From: a virus
DNA: 64,000 nucleotides
Direction: 5' to 3' (one strand)
IMG/VR virus record: IMGVR_UViG_3300032236_001645
Location: 1 to 64,000 of that record
Positions 8,074-18,166 of the stretch are shown one piece after another. Made by a program: the position numbers and the translations under genes. Every line of letters starts with the position of its first letter. Positions within the stretch are counted from its first letter, which is position 1. The notes below the pieces were generated by a model, which saw only the letters and a program-made list of their open reading frames with translations, did not search any database and was not told where the DNA came from.

Positions 8074-10053
8074 TTAGAAATCAAGTTTAACTGCAAATAC
8101 TTGATCTCCTGTTCTTGTAATAGGTGTTGCAGTTTTACCCATAACTAAAACTTCTTTGTTTGAATCAAGTAATGCAACTTCAGTAACAACAGGATTTCCA
8201 CTAGCAAACGTAGGATTTTGTGATACATTAAACTTACCGCTCGGTAAATTAACTAAGAATTTCATTTCTTCAATTGTACTTTCTCTTGTAACTTTTACTG
8301 AACCTGCAAACGGTTGTCTTTCACCAAATTGTCCTGTATAACCAGTATATGAAAAACTTGTGTGTCCTGATAATGTAAATATTGAACTTGCTGCAGTGTC
8401 ATATTCTGCTCTTGTTATTGTAGCGACAAATCCATTCATACTTGCTGGTGTAATAAAACCACTATTAACAGGAGTTTTTTCAATCATTCTCCATGCTGTT
8501 GGAGATGGTTGTGTATTATTATCAGTAACCTGTACTAAAATATATAGTTTATCTGCAACCGTTCCACTTTTTAAATTTTCACCAGCAGATGTTTTTAAAA
8601 AATTAAAAGCCGTACTACCTGTAAATTTAATTGCAACATTTGTTGCTGTATTACTTTTTACTTTATTAATATAGTTACAAGGTAATGCATTTAATTTATT
8701 ATCACCACTATAATACAAAGCATAAGTAATATAAATTGTTTTACCTGAAGAACCATCATGAAGATAAGTTCCATCATTTGTATGTGTACTTTCTAATTTT
8801 GGTGATGGTAATGTATATTTTCTATTTGATTTATTATCTAATATTGCAACAATTTCTGGATCATCAAAAACCACAATTTTATTTTGTGGGAATACTTTAC
8901 CTACTGTATTATTTTGTTCGTCTAATAAATCATTGTAAAATATAGATGATTTCGTTGGATTTTTAGTTGAGACAATATGTTTAATAGCGGTTACCCCTGT
9001 TCCCATATGAAATTTAGCACCAATTGTAGTACCTGTATTTCTATGATAATACATAAATGGATTATAAATTTCAAAATATGTATCACCCGTTGTTAAATAA
9101 TCGTCATATTTAAAAAATCTATCAGGATCATTTATAATATCACCATTTTCAGTGTAATGTAAAATTGCAATTGCATTTTGTTCGTTTGGTAATACTTCTA
9201 TTTTTTCATTAAATGAATTTAAAAAATAACTACCTGTAATAGTGCCTCCTGTTACATCAGTAAATATTTGTCCACTATTTGAATTGTAACCTAAAAGTTC
9301 TTTAGTTCCTAATTTATTACCTCCATTAAATGATGTGTAACCTGTATAAGAATAACCTATTGGATTTTTACCCCATACGATACTAACTTTCCAAGGATCA
9401 TGTTGTGCAGTATGTAATGGCATCAATGGATAACAATCTGGATTAGGATCGTTTGGAAATTCATTTCTCCAATTGTTTGACACTACTAAAAAATTACCAG
9501 TTAATCCACTTAATACCGGCGTTTCTCTATCTAATGTCATAATTTCAGTAGTTGTATTACCACTATTACTTACAATTTTATACGTAAGATTATTACCATA
9601 TGAATTTATAGTATTACCAGTAATACCTGTTAAAACTAATGTAATATATTCTGAAAAATCAAATGATGTTCCACTTGGTTTTGTAACCGTAATGACATTT
9701 GTTCCCGTTAATGCTGAAAATGAACCCGTACCTATTACAGACGTAATTGTATTACCTGAAATAACACCAGCAGCACCCATTTGGTTTTGAATAACTTCAA
9801 ATGTTGATCCTGTCACAGCAATTCCATAAGATGTAGTACTTGTACTACTATCGTATTTAATTGGATATTTGATATTACTATCAACATCCATTGGTGCTAA
9901 AACATTTTGATATGAGTTACCACTATAATCGTATTCAGAATCGCCTATTGCAAAATAAGAAATATTGAAATTCCCATTGGCAATCGCCCTTCTTCCCCTT
10001 TGGGTTAATCTAGCTGAAATGTATTCTGAATTATTTTTATCTAAGAAACTCAT
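8074..10053 (-). CDS. virion structural protein, tail collar/fibre-attachment-like (DUF3751-like ends)
   Basis: N-terminal LTQRGRRAIA...YFAIGD and C-terminal VTEVALLDSNKEVLVMGK resemble the two halves of a tail-collar domain. Confidence 0.55.
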   Translation of the reverse strand: MSFLDKNNSEYISARLTQRGRRAIANGNFNISYFAIGDSEYDYSGNSYQNVLAPMDVDSNIKYPIKYDSSTSTTSYGIAVTGSTFEVIQNQMGAAGVISGNTITSVIGTGSFSALTGTNVITVTKPSGTSFDFSEYITLVLTGITGNTINSYGNNLTYKIVSNSGNTTTEIMTLDRETPVLSGLTGNFLVVSNNWRNEFPNDPNPDCYPLMPLHTAQHDPWKVSIVWGKNPIGYSYTGYTSFNGGNKLGTKELLGYNSNSGQIFTDVTGGTITGSYFLNSFNEKIEVLPNEQNAIAILHYTENGDIINDPDRFFKYDDYLTTGDTYFEIYNPFMYYHRNTGTTIGAKFHMGTGVTAIKHIVSTKNPTKSSIFYNDLLDEQNNTVGKVFPQNKIVVFDDPEIVAILDNKSNRKYTLPSPKLESTHTNDGTYLHDGSSGKTIYITYALYYSGDNKLNALPCNYINKVKSNTATNVAIKFTGSTAFNFLKTSAGENLKSGTVADKLYILVQVTDNNTQPSPTAWRMIEKTPVNSGFITPASMNGFVATITRAEYDTAASSIFTLSGHTSFSYTGYTGQFGERQPFAGSVKVTRESTIEEMKFLVNLPSGKFNVSQNPTFASGNPVVTEVALLDSNKEVLVMGKTATPITRTGDQVFAVKLDF

Positions 10054-10079
10054 ATGTTATAAATATTGTTTTTTTATTT

Positions 10080-10982
10080 TTATAATGGACATGCTGTGGC
10101 TACTCCTGATGAATTTGCAACTACACTTGGGCTTGGTGTTCCGTCTAAGATAAATTTTTTCCAATAGAATCCACCACCACCTCCGACTCTAGCTTTAACC
10201 CAAAATTGTTGGTTATCACTAAAATATGAAAGTAATTCAGATGGTAAGTTAATAATTGCAGAAGCATTTTGTATGTTACTACCGTAAATTATTAATGTAT
10301 AAAATTGTGATAAATCAACATCTCCACCATTACATGCATCATCTCCACTTACTGTACTAACAATTGCATTCACAACAGTACCAGTCAATGGTGTTGGTGT
10401 TGGACATATTGTGTGAGCGTCGTATTTTCTTCCTTCACTATCACTAACATAATAAACAGTATTATAATCAGATGAATAATAATAAATTATATGTGAATTA
10501 GAACCAGGTGCTGGTGTTAATAAAGTTGAATCCGTATAAATTTGTTTTCCATCATATCCAAAACTAGGTATTGTAGGTGGATTAGGAGTTTGATAATAGT
10601 ATGTTTGTGTGGCACCAGTACATGCATTTCCAACTGTGGTACCACTTGATAATAATATTGAACTTACTCCCGCAGCACCACTCGGTGTTGGTGTCATAGT
10701 TGGTGTTACAGTTGGTGTTTGTGTTAGTGCTGGTACACCTTGGAATTGTACTATTTTATAAGTTCCGTTGCAAGCTCCTGTATTTGCGTTTATTTTAATA
10801 TATTGAGTACCATCAGGTATGATATTAGTTTGATATCCTGAAACTAAACTATCTTTAGTAACATTTGTTTCAAAGGCAGTACCACTACATGAACTATTAC
10901 TTGACGTACTACAAGAATACAAATCAAAAGTTGTCATATTTGATGCTACCGATGTTAATGTTATTGTTCCTGATAAAGACAT
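10080..10982 (-). CDS. virion accessory/fibre protein with TPT linker and two Cys-bracketed modules
   Basis: Its C-terminal modules are paralogous to the C-terminus of 11015-15634. Confidence 0.6.
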   Translation of the reverse strand: MSLSGTITLTSVASNMTTFDLYSCSTSSNSSCSGTAFETNVTKDSLVSGYQTNIIPDGTQYIKINANTGACNGTYKIVQFQGVPALTQTPTVTPTMTPTPSGAAGVSSILLSSGTTVGNACTGATQTYYYQTPNPPTIPSFGYDGKQIYTDSTLLTPAPGSNSHIIYYYSSDYNTVYYVSDSEGRKYDAHTICPTPTPLTGTVVNAIVSTVSGDDACNGGDVDLSQFYTLIIYGSNIQNASAIINLPSELLSYFSDNQQFWVKARVGGGGGFYWKKFILDGTPSPSVVANSSGVATACPL

Positions 10983-11014
10983 ATTTTTTTATTTTTTTAT
11001 TTTTTAATTTTTAA

Positions 11015-14000
11015 TTAGCAAGTACCACAATTTTGATAATCAATTAATGGTGATGCTGTCTGTCCTGTACCTGGCGTTCCATCTAATTGGAATTTTCTCC
11101 ATATTATTCCTGTTTGTTTAGTACCTTGTCTAACATAAAATACTTCATTATCACTCAAATTTGACATCACAGTTGTTGGTATGTCAAATAAACTTGTTGC
11201 GTCTTTTAAAGATGAACCATAAACAGTTACTTGTTGTCCTGTGTATTCTGGATTACAACATACTGTATCTCCTGAGTCATCTATAGTTAAATCTATCGCA
11301 ACAGTTATTGATGCTGTTGCTGGTGTTGGTGTTGGACATACATAAGAAGATTGATGATATAGACGTCCATCGCTACCATTTATATAATAGATTGTATTTC
11401 CATCCACATAATAATAGTAAATTCCATAACTATTTGAACCTGGAGCTTCATTTTGTAATCCATTATCCGCCCATAATATTGTTCCATTTGTTAAACTTCC
11501 TTGATAATAGAATGGATGAGTGTCTCCATTATCACCATTCGTACATGCAATAGGTATTGTATGTCCTGTTGCCATATAAATCGTTGTAAAGTTGAGTGTA
11601 ACCGAAGGTGTTGGTGTAACTGTTTGAGTTTGTGTCGGTAAAGGTGGAGGTACCGCATTACAATCTGCCCATTCAGACAAGTAACCTGTTGAATCAATAT
11701 ATGCAACATATAATACTGTAGAACCTGAACCATTTATTATAATAGCGCAATATTTTCCAGGTCCTGTTACTTTAGTGTTATCACCTAAAGTATGTGTAGT
11801 ATATAATTGATATGATGTGTTAAAATCAAAAGACGAGTCATCAATCCAACCACCATTAGATGTATATCCTGAAGTACTAAGTTCTGAAGGATCTTTCCCA
11901 CACGCTTGTGCAATAACTTGAGATGACGTCATACTACTACCTGATGGTATCCAAAAACTGATTGATTTTGTTCTATAAGTTGGTGGTGTATACTGTCCTG
12001 CCGGAGTATCCGCACAACTATTGTATCCTCTTGTGTTTTTATTACCTGGTATTGTTCCTCCTTGATCTGTTATACTATAGTTTATAACTTGATAAAAACC
12101 AGTTAATTCGCCTGAGCCTGAATCAAATATATCACCGACTTTACATTCTGATTGTAAATATCTATTCATTGTCCATCCTGTATTTGTACCAGGAGGTGTT
12201 GCGGTACCACACATTTGTAATTGCAAATAATATTTGGGTAAAGGTGTTGGTGTTTGGGTTTGTGTTGATGTAACTGTAGTTGTAGGTGTAGGTGTACTAC
12301 CATTTGTACTATCAGGAGTACTCGCTGGTGTTCCTGTTACTGTTGGGGTTGGGGTTTGTGTAACAAATGGTACTGCACTATAAACCGCATTACCATCTAA
12401 TGAACATGCATATGTTGGTGTTGGTGTAGTGGTAGGTGTAACCGTGGTTGTTGGTGTAAGTGTAGGTGTTTGACTTGGTGTTTGGGTTTGTGTTTGAGTT
12501 TGAGTTGGTGTTTGAGTTTGAGTTTGAGTTGGTGTCACAGTAGTTGTAGGTGTAGGTGTTGGAGTTGCGTCAAGAGCAATTGCGCCATATCCAACTTTAA
12601 ATTCAAAAGACTCCATAACACTACAACTATGTAAACTATATTTGTAAGATTTAAATCTAACATATTCATTGTTATCAGTATTACCTGTAAATGGTAAAAA
12701 TTCACAAGAAAGTCTTGGTAAACTTATTGTGGTTGTAGTTGTACTACCTGATGTTGAATAACCAACATAATTTGTATTACCTGTATAAGGAAAATAATGA
12801 TTTATATAATTTACTGTATCAATAATTGCTCTTTTCCATAATTTTCTTAATTCTGTATAATCAGGATTAAAATTATTATTTGTTCCATTACCATCATATA
12901 ATTTTGCACTTATATTTGGGTTTGTTGTTTTACCACTTAACAATGCATAAGTAATACCTGTATAACCTTGAAATGCTTCGTAGTTTTCAGGATCGAATAA
13001 TTTATTTTGTGATAACGTTGGTGTTGGAACCGGATTATTATAGAATGATATTAAATTTGTTACATTTGTTGAATTAGCAAAATAAGGAGCATTATATCCG
13101 TATTCAGTATTAACTGGTATAGGTATAAAAATAGGATCAGTCGATCCCGAATATGTTACACCATCAATTACAAATACAGGAAAAAATTGTAAATAACCAT
13201 CATAATTTAAATCATTGTCACTATTAAAATAATCTTGGAATTGAAAAATTTCTTCTTGAAAATGATGATTTCCTTCATGTGGTGTTGGGAAAGCCGGTTC
13301 TAAAATATCAAAAACTTGACATTGTTTTCTATATCTATATTTTGATCTATGAAATAAACCATTTTCAATCAAATTACCACCTGTCCATAAAGTTGTTGCA
13401 GGAATGAATTGCTCAATTACTTTAACCCAATAAGGACTCATTTTTTCTATGAATTCATTTACTTTTAAAAAATCATATGGTGTTGCAACGTTAGAAACAT
13501 AATCTTGATAAACTTTTTCTAAATCAATATATGTGTTTTTATATTTTACTAAATTAGATTGTTTAATTGATTCACTTAATGCTACATCCAAATATTCCGC
13601 AAAAGTGTATCCTGTTTGTGGAATTAATGTTCCGAAAGATAAACTTAAATTTCTTGATTGTCTGTATATATCATAATCTATTGCTCTTGAAGCTGAAAGA
13701 TATATACTAATATTTTTTCTATTTAATGTTAATTTTTCTAAACCTTCATTAGTTGTAACACTAACTTTTTCATTATCTATTCTAGATGATAAATCAAATC
13801 CATAATCTAATCCAGATAATTTTCTAAAACTATCAAAATATTCTTCTCCGTATGTAAATGTTTTTGGTTTAGTTTTGATTGTTTTTGTTTTACCTGTAAG
13901 TACTGAATTTTCAGTGTCAATTATATCAGAAGATCTATGATCGGTTGTCATTTCATACCAACCAGCACCTTTTTGAAAATAAATGTCATCTTTTGTATTG

Positions 14001-15634
14001 GTTACTTTTCTTGGTAAACCGTTACTATCTATCGGATATTCTGCTCTTGATAAATTTGTTGTACTTGTAGTTGTACCACTTGTATATGTAATTCCTGATG
14101 AACTAAATGTATAACCTGTGATTACAACATCTTTTTTTGTACCTTGTATTACATTAAAAATATCTAATTCAAAATTACCTTCAGGTAATGACACTACATC
14201 ATAAACATATTCATCAATTTTAATTAATGGCTCAGGAGCACCTAAAAATCTTAAAAAGAATTCAATTGATTTTCTTGTTCCTTTTGATTTAAATAAATGT
14301 GCAAGATTTACCAATAATCTTCTGTAAAATTCATATTCAGCTTCAATCAAATTCATTCCATGATCTAAACCAGTATATGAATTTGGTTGTCTTGTGTATA
14401 AAATATCTTGAATACTTTTTTCATCAAATAAATTAACAGTTGATAAACCTAATGTTTGTGAAAGATTTTTTAACAACAAATCAGGAATATTATTAATTCC
14501 ATCATAACTTACGTTTCTCATAAACGCAATGTTGTCAATATATTTTTTTACACTATCAAAAGCCTGTCCATATAATTGGAAAACTGATTGTGCTTTTTGA
14601 TCTATCGTATCAAATTCATATAATTGTGGTGCAGTCATAAATCTAACAACTAAGTTAGATTTATAATCATCAATTTCAGTTGCTAATGAACTTAATTTAT
14701 TTATGTAATTACTGTAATCTAATCCAACGATTTGTAAATTCCATCCATCTCTTGATATCGGCCAATTTACATTAACAGATATAACTTCAGTTTTTGACGT
14801 ATCTAAACTTTCTCTTGGTACTTTAAAACTTGCTTGATATTTTGGATTAGTTTCTCTGTTTAATAATAAACTTTCCAAATCATCTGTACTACCAAAAAAT
14901 TCTTCAACCATACCATCGTTAGGTCTAATTAAAATATTATCCGAAGATGTTGTACCTGAAAATGGTTTTCCTTTAATTTTTAATTTTATAAAATTATTAA
15001 CATCAGGTTTAGTAAATGTCAATATATCATATGTTACTTTGTTGTAATCAATAACATATTTTTTATAATTTGTATAAAAATTTCTTAAATCATTATTTGT
15101 TTGTGGTGGTGTATTACTAACAAGTGGAACAATTGTAATGTCAAATGGATTGTATATTATTGACTTATTAAAAGTTACATCAGTTGTATCTGTATTTTTA
15201 TTATATGTAATATTCGTTAAAGAATATGAAGTAAGGTTTGATGGACTTTTAGTATCAATATAAAATCCCGCAGGAAATTTTGTGATAATATTAGTAATTG
15301 CAACTTCTAATCTTAAGTTCAACGAACCAAATAAAGATCTACCAGCATCATCGGTACCACCTTTAAATCTAATTTTTTCTTTTTTTTGTATACTACCATC
15401 TTGTGTAGATGGTGCTGTTGTTTCTTCTTTTAAACTATCTAAATTTAAAAAATCAGAAAAAGGAGCGGTACTAAAATTCTTATTATCTTTATCAGGAATA
15501 ACTTTATCAAAGGCAAAGTTTGCATTAGTCAATTGACTAGTACCGTCAGTAATTTGATTACCAACCACATTGTCGGCGAAGGTTTGTGCACCACTCGCAG
15601 CCTGACTTGGTATCTTGTATTTAACTACTGTCAT
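11015..15634 (-). CDS. large baseplate wedge protein (gp7/P2 gpI-like core) with TPT linkers and four C-terminal modules
   Basis: DLLLKNLSQTLG...LFKSKGTRKSIEFFLRFLG motif; structural gene context. Confidence 0.65.
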   Translation of the reverse strand: MTVVKYKIPSQAASGAQTFADNVVGNQITDGTSQLTNANFAFDKVIPDKDNKNFSTAPFSDFLNLDSLKEETTAPSTQDGSIQKKEKIRFKGGTDDAGRSLFGSLNLRLEVAITNIITKFPAGFYIDTKSPSNLTSYSLTNITYNKNTDTTDVTFNKSIIYNPFDITIVPLVSNTPPQTNNDLRNFYTNYKKYVIDYNKVTYDILTFTKPDVNNFIKLKIKGKPFSGTTSSDNILIRPNDGMVEEFFGSTDDLESLLLNRETNPKYQASFKVPRESLDTSKTEVISVNVNWPISRDGWNLQIVGLDYSNYINKLSSLATEIDDYKSNLVVRFMTAPQLYEFDTIDQKAQSVFQLYGQAFDSVKKYIDNIAFMRNVSYDGINNIPDLLLKNLSQTLGLSTVNLFDEKSIQDILYTRQPNSYTGLDHGMNLIEAEYEFYRRLLVNLAHLFKSKGTRKSIEFFLRFLGAPEPLIKIDEYVYDVVSLPEGNFELDIFNVIQGTKKDVVITGYTFSSSGITYTSGTTTSTTNLSRAEYPIDSNGLPRKVTNTKDDIYFQKGAGWYEMTTDHRSSDIIDTENSVLTGKTKTIKTKPKTFTYGEEYFDSFRKLSGLDYGFDLSSRIDNEKVSVTTNEGLEKLTLNRKNISIYLSASRAIDYDIYRQSRNLSLSFGTLIPQTGYTFAEYLDVALSESIKQSNLVKYKNTYIDLEKVYQDYVSNVATPYDFLKVNEFIEKMSPYWVKVIEQFIPATTLWTGGNLIENGLFHRSKYRYRKQCQVFDILEPAFPTPHEGNHHFQEEIFQFQDYFNSDNDLNYDGYLQFFPVFVIDGVTYSGSTDPIFIPIPVNTEYGYNAPYFANSTNVTNLISFYNNPVPTPTLSQNKLFDPENYEAFQGYTGITYALLSGKTTNPNISAKLYDGNGTNNNFNPDYTELRKLWKRAIIDTVNYINHYFPYTGNTNYVGYSTSGSTTTTTISLPRLSCEFLPFTGNTDNNEYVRFKSYKYSLHSCSVMESFEFKVGYGAIALDATPTPTPTTTVTPTQTQTQTPTQTQTQTQTPSQTPTLTPTTTVTPTTTPTPTYACSLDGNAVYSAVPFVTQTPTPTVTGTPASTPDSTNGSTPTPTTTVTSTQTQTPTPLPKYYLQLQMCGTATPPGTNTGWTMNRYLQSECKVGDIFDSGSGELTGFYQVINYSITDQGGTIPGNKNTRGYNSCADTPAGQYTPPTYRTKSISFWIPSGSSMTSSQVIAQACGKDPSELSTSGYTSNGGWIDDSSFDFNTSYQLYTTHTLGDNTKVTGPGKYCAIIINGSGSTVLYVAYIDSTGYLSEWADCNAVPPPLPTQTQTVTPTPSVTLNFTTIYMATGHTIPIACTNGDNGDTHPFYYQGSLTNGTILWADNGLQNEAPGSNSYGIYYYYVDGNTIYYINGSDGRLYHQSSYVCPTPTPATASITVAIDLTIDDSGDTVCCNPEYTGQQVTVYGSSLKDATSLFDIPTTVMSNLSDNEVFYVRQGTKQTGIIWRKFQLDGTPGTGQTASPLIDYQNCGTC

Positions 15635-16566
15635 TATCCTGTTATGTTAGTAAGATTTAAAGTTTCATCAATAGTTTTTCTTTCTTCACGAACTTCATAT
15701 AATGTATCATTATATTGATCTTTAATTTCGTAAAGATTGTATTGTTTATAGATGTTATTGTTACTATCGTAAATTGTGTATATACCTGGAGAAACCGCCT
15801 TAGTTTGATTACCGTAAAGTGCGTGTGCCAATGTAGAAGAATCATGTTCAACCATTTCAATTTCAACTGTTGTTGGATTAAAATAAGTGTTTGTTAATAT
15901 AATACTTTGTCCAGGTTCGCCAATAAATGGAACCACATTAGCACGACTTGATGGTGCGGATGATGGTGTTACAGTTAAGAACATAAAACTTGTTGCAGCA
16001 TCCGAATATTGATATCTAATTGATTTATCTGTTGTATTAGATAAATTTGATAAAATTGGTGTACAATAAAAAGATGATGTTACCAATCTATAAAAGTTTG
16101 GTACTTTTTGATTATTAGCTGTGTTTAAATATTCAATTCTATATCCTACTAATCCTTGTGGTGTAAATTTTGCTTGATCTTCTGCTGGTACGTTATTTAA
16201 ATCAATAACTAATCCTCTAACTGAAGATAAAGAAGCTAAGATTCCACAATCTGTAATTGATGTTACAATTTGTTTAGGTCTAATATGTAAAGTGTATATT
16301 CCTAATTCAGAAAATTGACTTGCAGATAATTTTAAATTATATAAACCACCCAACATCTCATTACTTGGGTTTGATTTATTTGGTGATTTTACTGCTGTTA
16401 ATGTATCCGCATTATGATATATCGGTGTTAATACCGCAGTTGAATCTAATTTAGTTAATGTTACTGTAGCCGCAGTAGTTCTATTTGGTGTATAGTGATA
16501 AAGTATCTCAGCATCTGCTGGTGATACGTCTGCGGGTCTTGTTATGCCATATGCTCCTACTGCCAT
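15634..16566 (-). CDS. virion structural protein (baseplate region), function unknown
   Basis: Long ORF coupled to the downstream gene; TATTTAT motif upstream. Confidence 0.55.
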   Translation of the reverse strand: MAVGAYGITRPADVSPADAEILYHYTPNRTTAATVTLTKLDSTAVLTPIYHNADTLTAVKSPNKSNPSNEMLGGLYNLKLSASQFSELGIYTLHIRPKQIVTSITDCGILASLSSVRGLVIDLNNVPAEDQAKFTPQGLVGYRIEYLNTANNQKVPNFYRLVTSSFYCTPILSNLSNTTDKSIRYQYSDAATSFMFLTVTPSSAPSSRANVVPFIGEPGQSIILTNTYFNPTTVEIEMVEHDSSTLAHALYGNQTKAVSPGIYTIYDSNNNIYKQYNLYEIKDQYNDTLYEVREERKTIDETLNLTNITG

Positions 16567-16591
16567 TTTCTTTTATTAATAAATATAAATC

Positions 16592-17128
16592 TTATTGTTT
16601 TTTAACTTTAAAATATCCATTTCCATATATATCCAATTCTCCCGTATTTTCAATCTCACCCAATTTAAAGTTTCTTTCCATAACCCCTAATTTTCCTCTG
16701 TTTACAAAAACATCTGAATATATTTGTGGTTGTTCTACAAATCCTAAAAAATGTTCATTTCTTGTTAACATATAATTTATTACTTCTTCCTTAGTAAAAC
16801 CTGTTGTAGAACCACTTATAATTGTTGTTCCATCGGATAAATCATAATATTGTAAAACAGTAGAACCTGTAGTATTGTGTGTATATGTGAATGTATAACC
16901 TGTTGTATTTAAACCCTCAATAACAGGATGTGTTAAGGTTTGTGTATATCCAGTGGAACCGTACTTTTTTAATTCCGACAATCTACTACTTCCTAATCCT
17001 CTATAATTTAAAGATGTGTAACCCGTTGGTGGATTATATTCATAATCATTCAAATAACTTTGATTACCAGTTGTGTTGGTATAGGGTATAGTAAATCCTG
17101 AAATTGTTCCAAAGTAATGGGTTGACAT
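16592..17128 (-). CDS. structural protein rich in [ST]GxT
   Basis: ORF with upstream TATTTAT motif; seven [ST]GxT motifs in 178 aa. Confidence 0.55.
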   Translation of the reverse strand: MSTHYFGTISGFTIPYTNTTGNQSYLNDYEYNPPTGYTSLNYRGLGSSRLSELKKYGSTGYTQTLTHPVIEGLNTTGYTFTYTHNTTGSTVLQYYDLSDGTTIISGSTTGFTKEEVINYMLTRNEHFLGFVEQPQIYSDVFVNRGKLGVMERNFKLGEIENTGELDIYGNGYFKVKKQ

Positions 17129-17217
17129 AAAAAAAATTACACTTATAAATATCTTTACAAGAGTTTATCTAATATAAAGAATCTATAAGTGTAAATAAAG
17201 ATTAAGATTTTATATTC

Positions 17218-18105
17218 TTAACTATTATTTATGAAATATGCCCTTACGTATTTATTTGCGGTATTTGAAACATTACTTGTTGAAACCGATAATTTCAGTG
17301 TCCATAATCCTCGATGAATACCTATTGAATTATTTGGTAAATAATCAAATATTTTTGTATAATGTTGATTAGATGGATTTGATGGTGTACCATCTACTCC
17401 TGAGAAATTACCCGAATTACTTCTATCAAATGTGATCTGCATTTGATCGGTATATGTTGTTGTTGTACCTGTACCTCCCGTTACATAAGTAACACCTGTT
17501 AAACTTAATGTTGCGGTTACTGTATCTCCTGAAGCAGAATTAAGAAAATTAGTGTTAAATGCTCTTAATACAATTGCTGGTGGCATAAAATAACCTTGAG
17601 AATCAATTGAACTAACTTGACTAATATCTTGGTGAGTATATGCAGTGTAATTTAAACCTGAACCGGTATAACCTGATGCCACAGATGTAAATGAACCATC
17701 TCCATTTATAACTGCAACTTGTGAAGGTATAACTGATGTTACTTCACCGTATACTTCAGTTGTACACATTCCTGATGTTGTAATTTGAATAGCACCAACA
17801 CCATTTACCGCTGACACTGGATAATTTTGTCCATTAAAATTAGAATAACTTAAATTGTTAGTATAATTTTGAGAATACAAATTATCATATAATCCATATG
17901 TCCATGTTATGTAATTATCATTTCCCGCACCACCATAAATTACATCATATCCAGTACTATCCCAAACTGAATATGAAGTATTACCTGTATATATTAAATT
18001 TTTTCCTGAAGAATTGTATGATAGTAAGTTTACCTTAAATGCACTTGTGTTTAAGTTTGTCATTAATGTATTATTACTAAAATTCAAGTATAAATCTCTA
18101 GCCAT
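17218..18105 (-). CDS. S/T/G/N-rich putative virion accessory protein
   Basis: Beta-rich composition; TATTTAT motif upstream. Confidence 0.5.
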   Translation of the reverse strand: MARDLYLNFSNNTLMTNLNTSAFKVNLLSYNSSGKNLIYTGNTSYSVWDSTGYDVIYGGAGNDNYITWTYGLYDNLYSQNYTNNLSYSNFNGQNYPVSAVNGVGAIQITTSGMCTTEVYGEVTSVIPSQVAVINGDGSFTSVASGYTGSGLNYTAYTHQDISQVSSIDSQGYFMPPAIVLRAFNTNFLNSASGDTVTATLSLTGVTYVTGGTGTTTTYTDQMQITFDRSNSGNFSGVDGTPSNPSNQHYTKIFDYLPNNSIGIHRGLWTLKLSVSTSNVSNTANKYVRAYFINNS

Positions 18106-18166
18106 GTTTTGTTGTTTTTATATAAATATATCGTTTATTGTTTATTTTTTATAGTGTTAATCATTC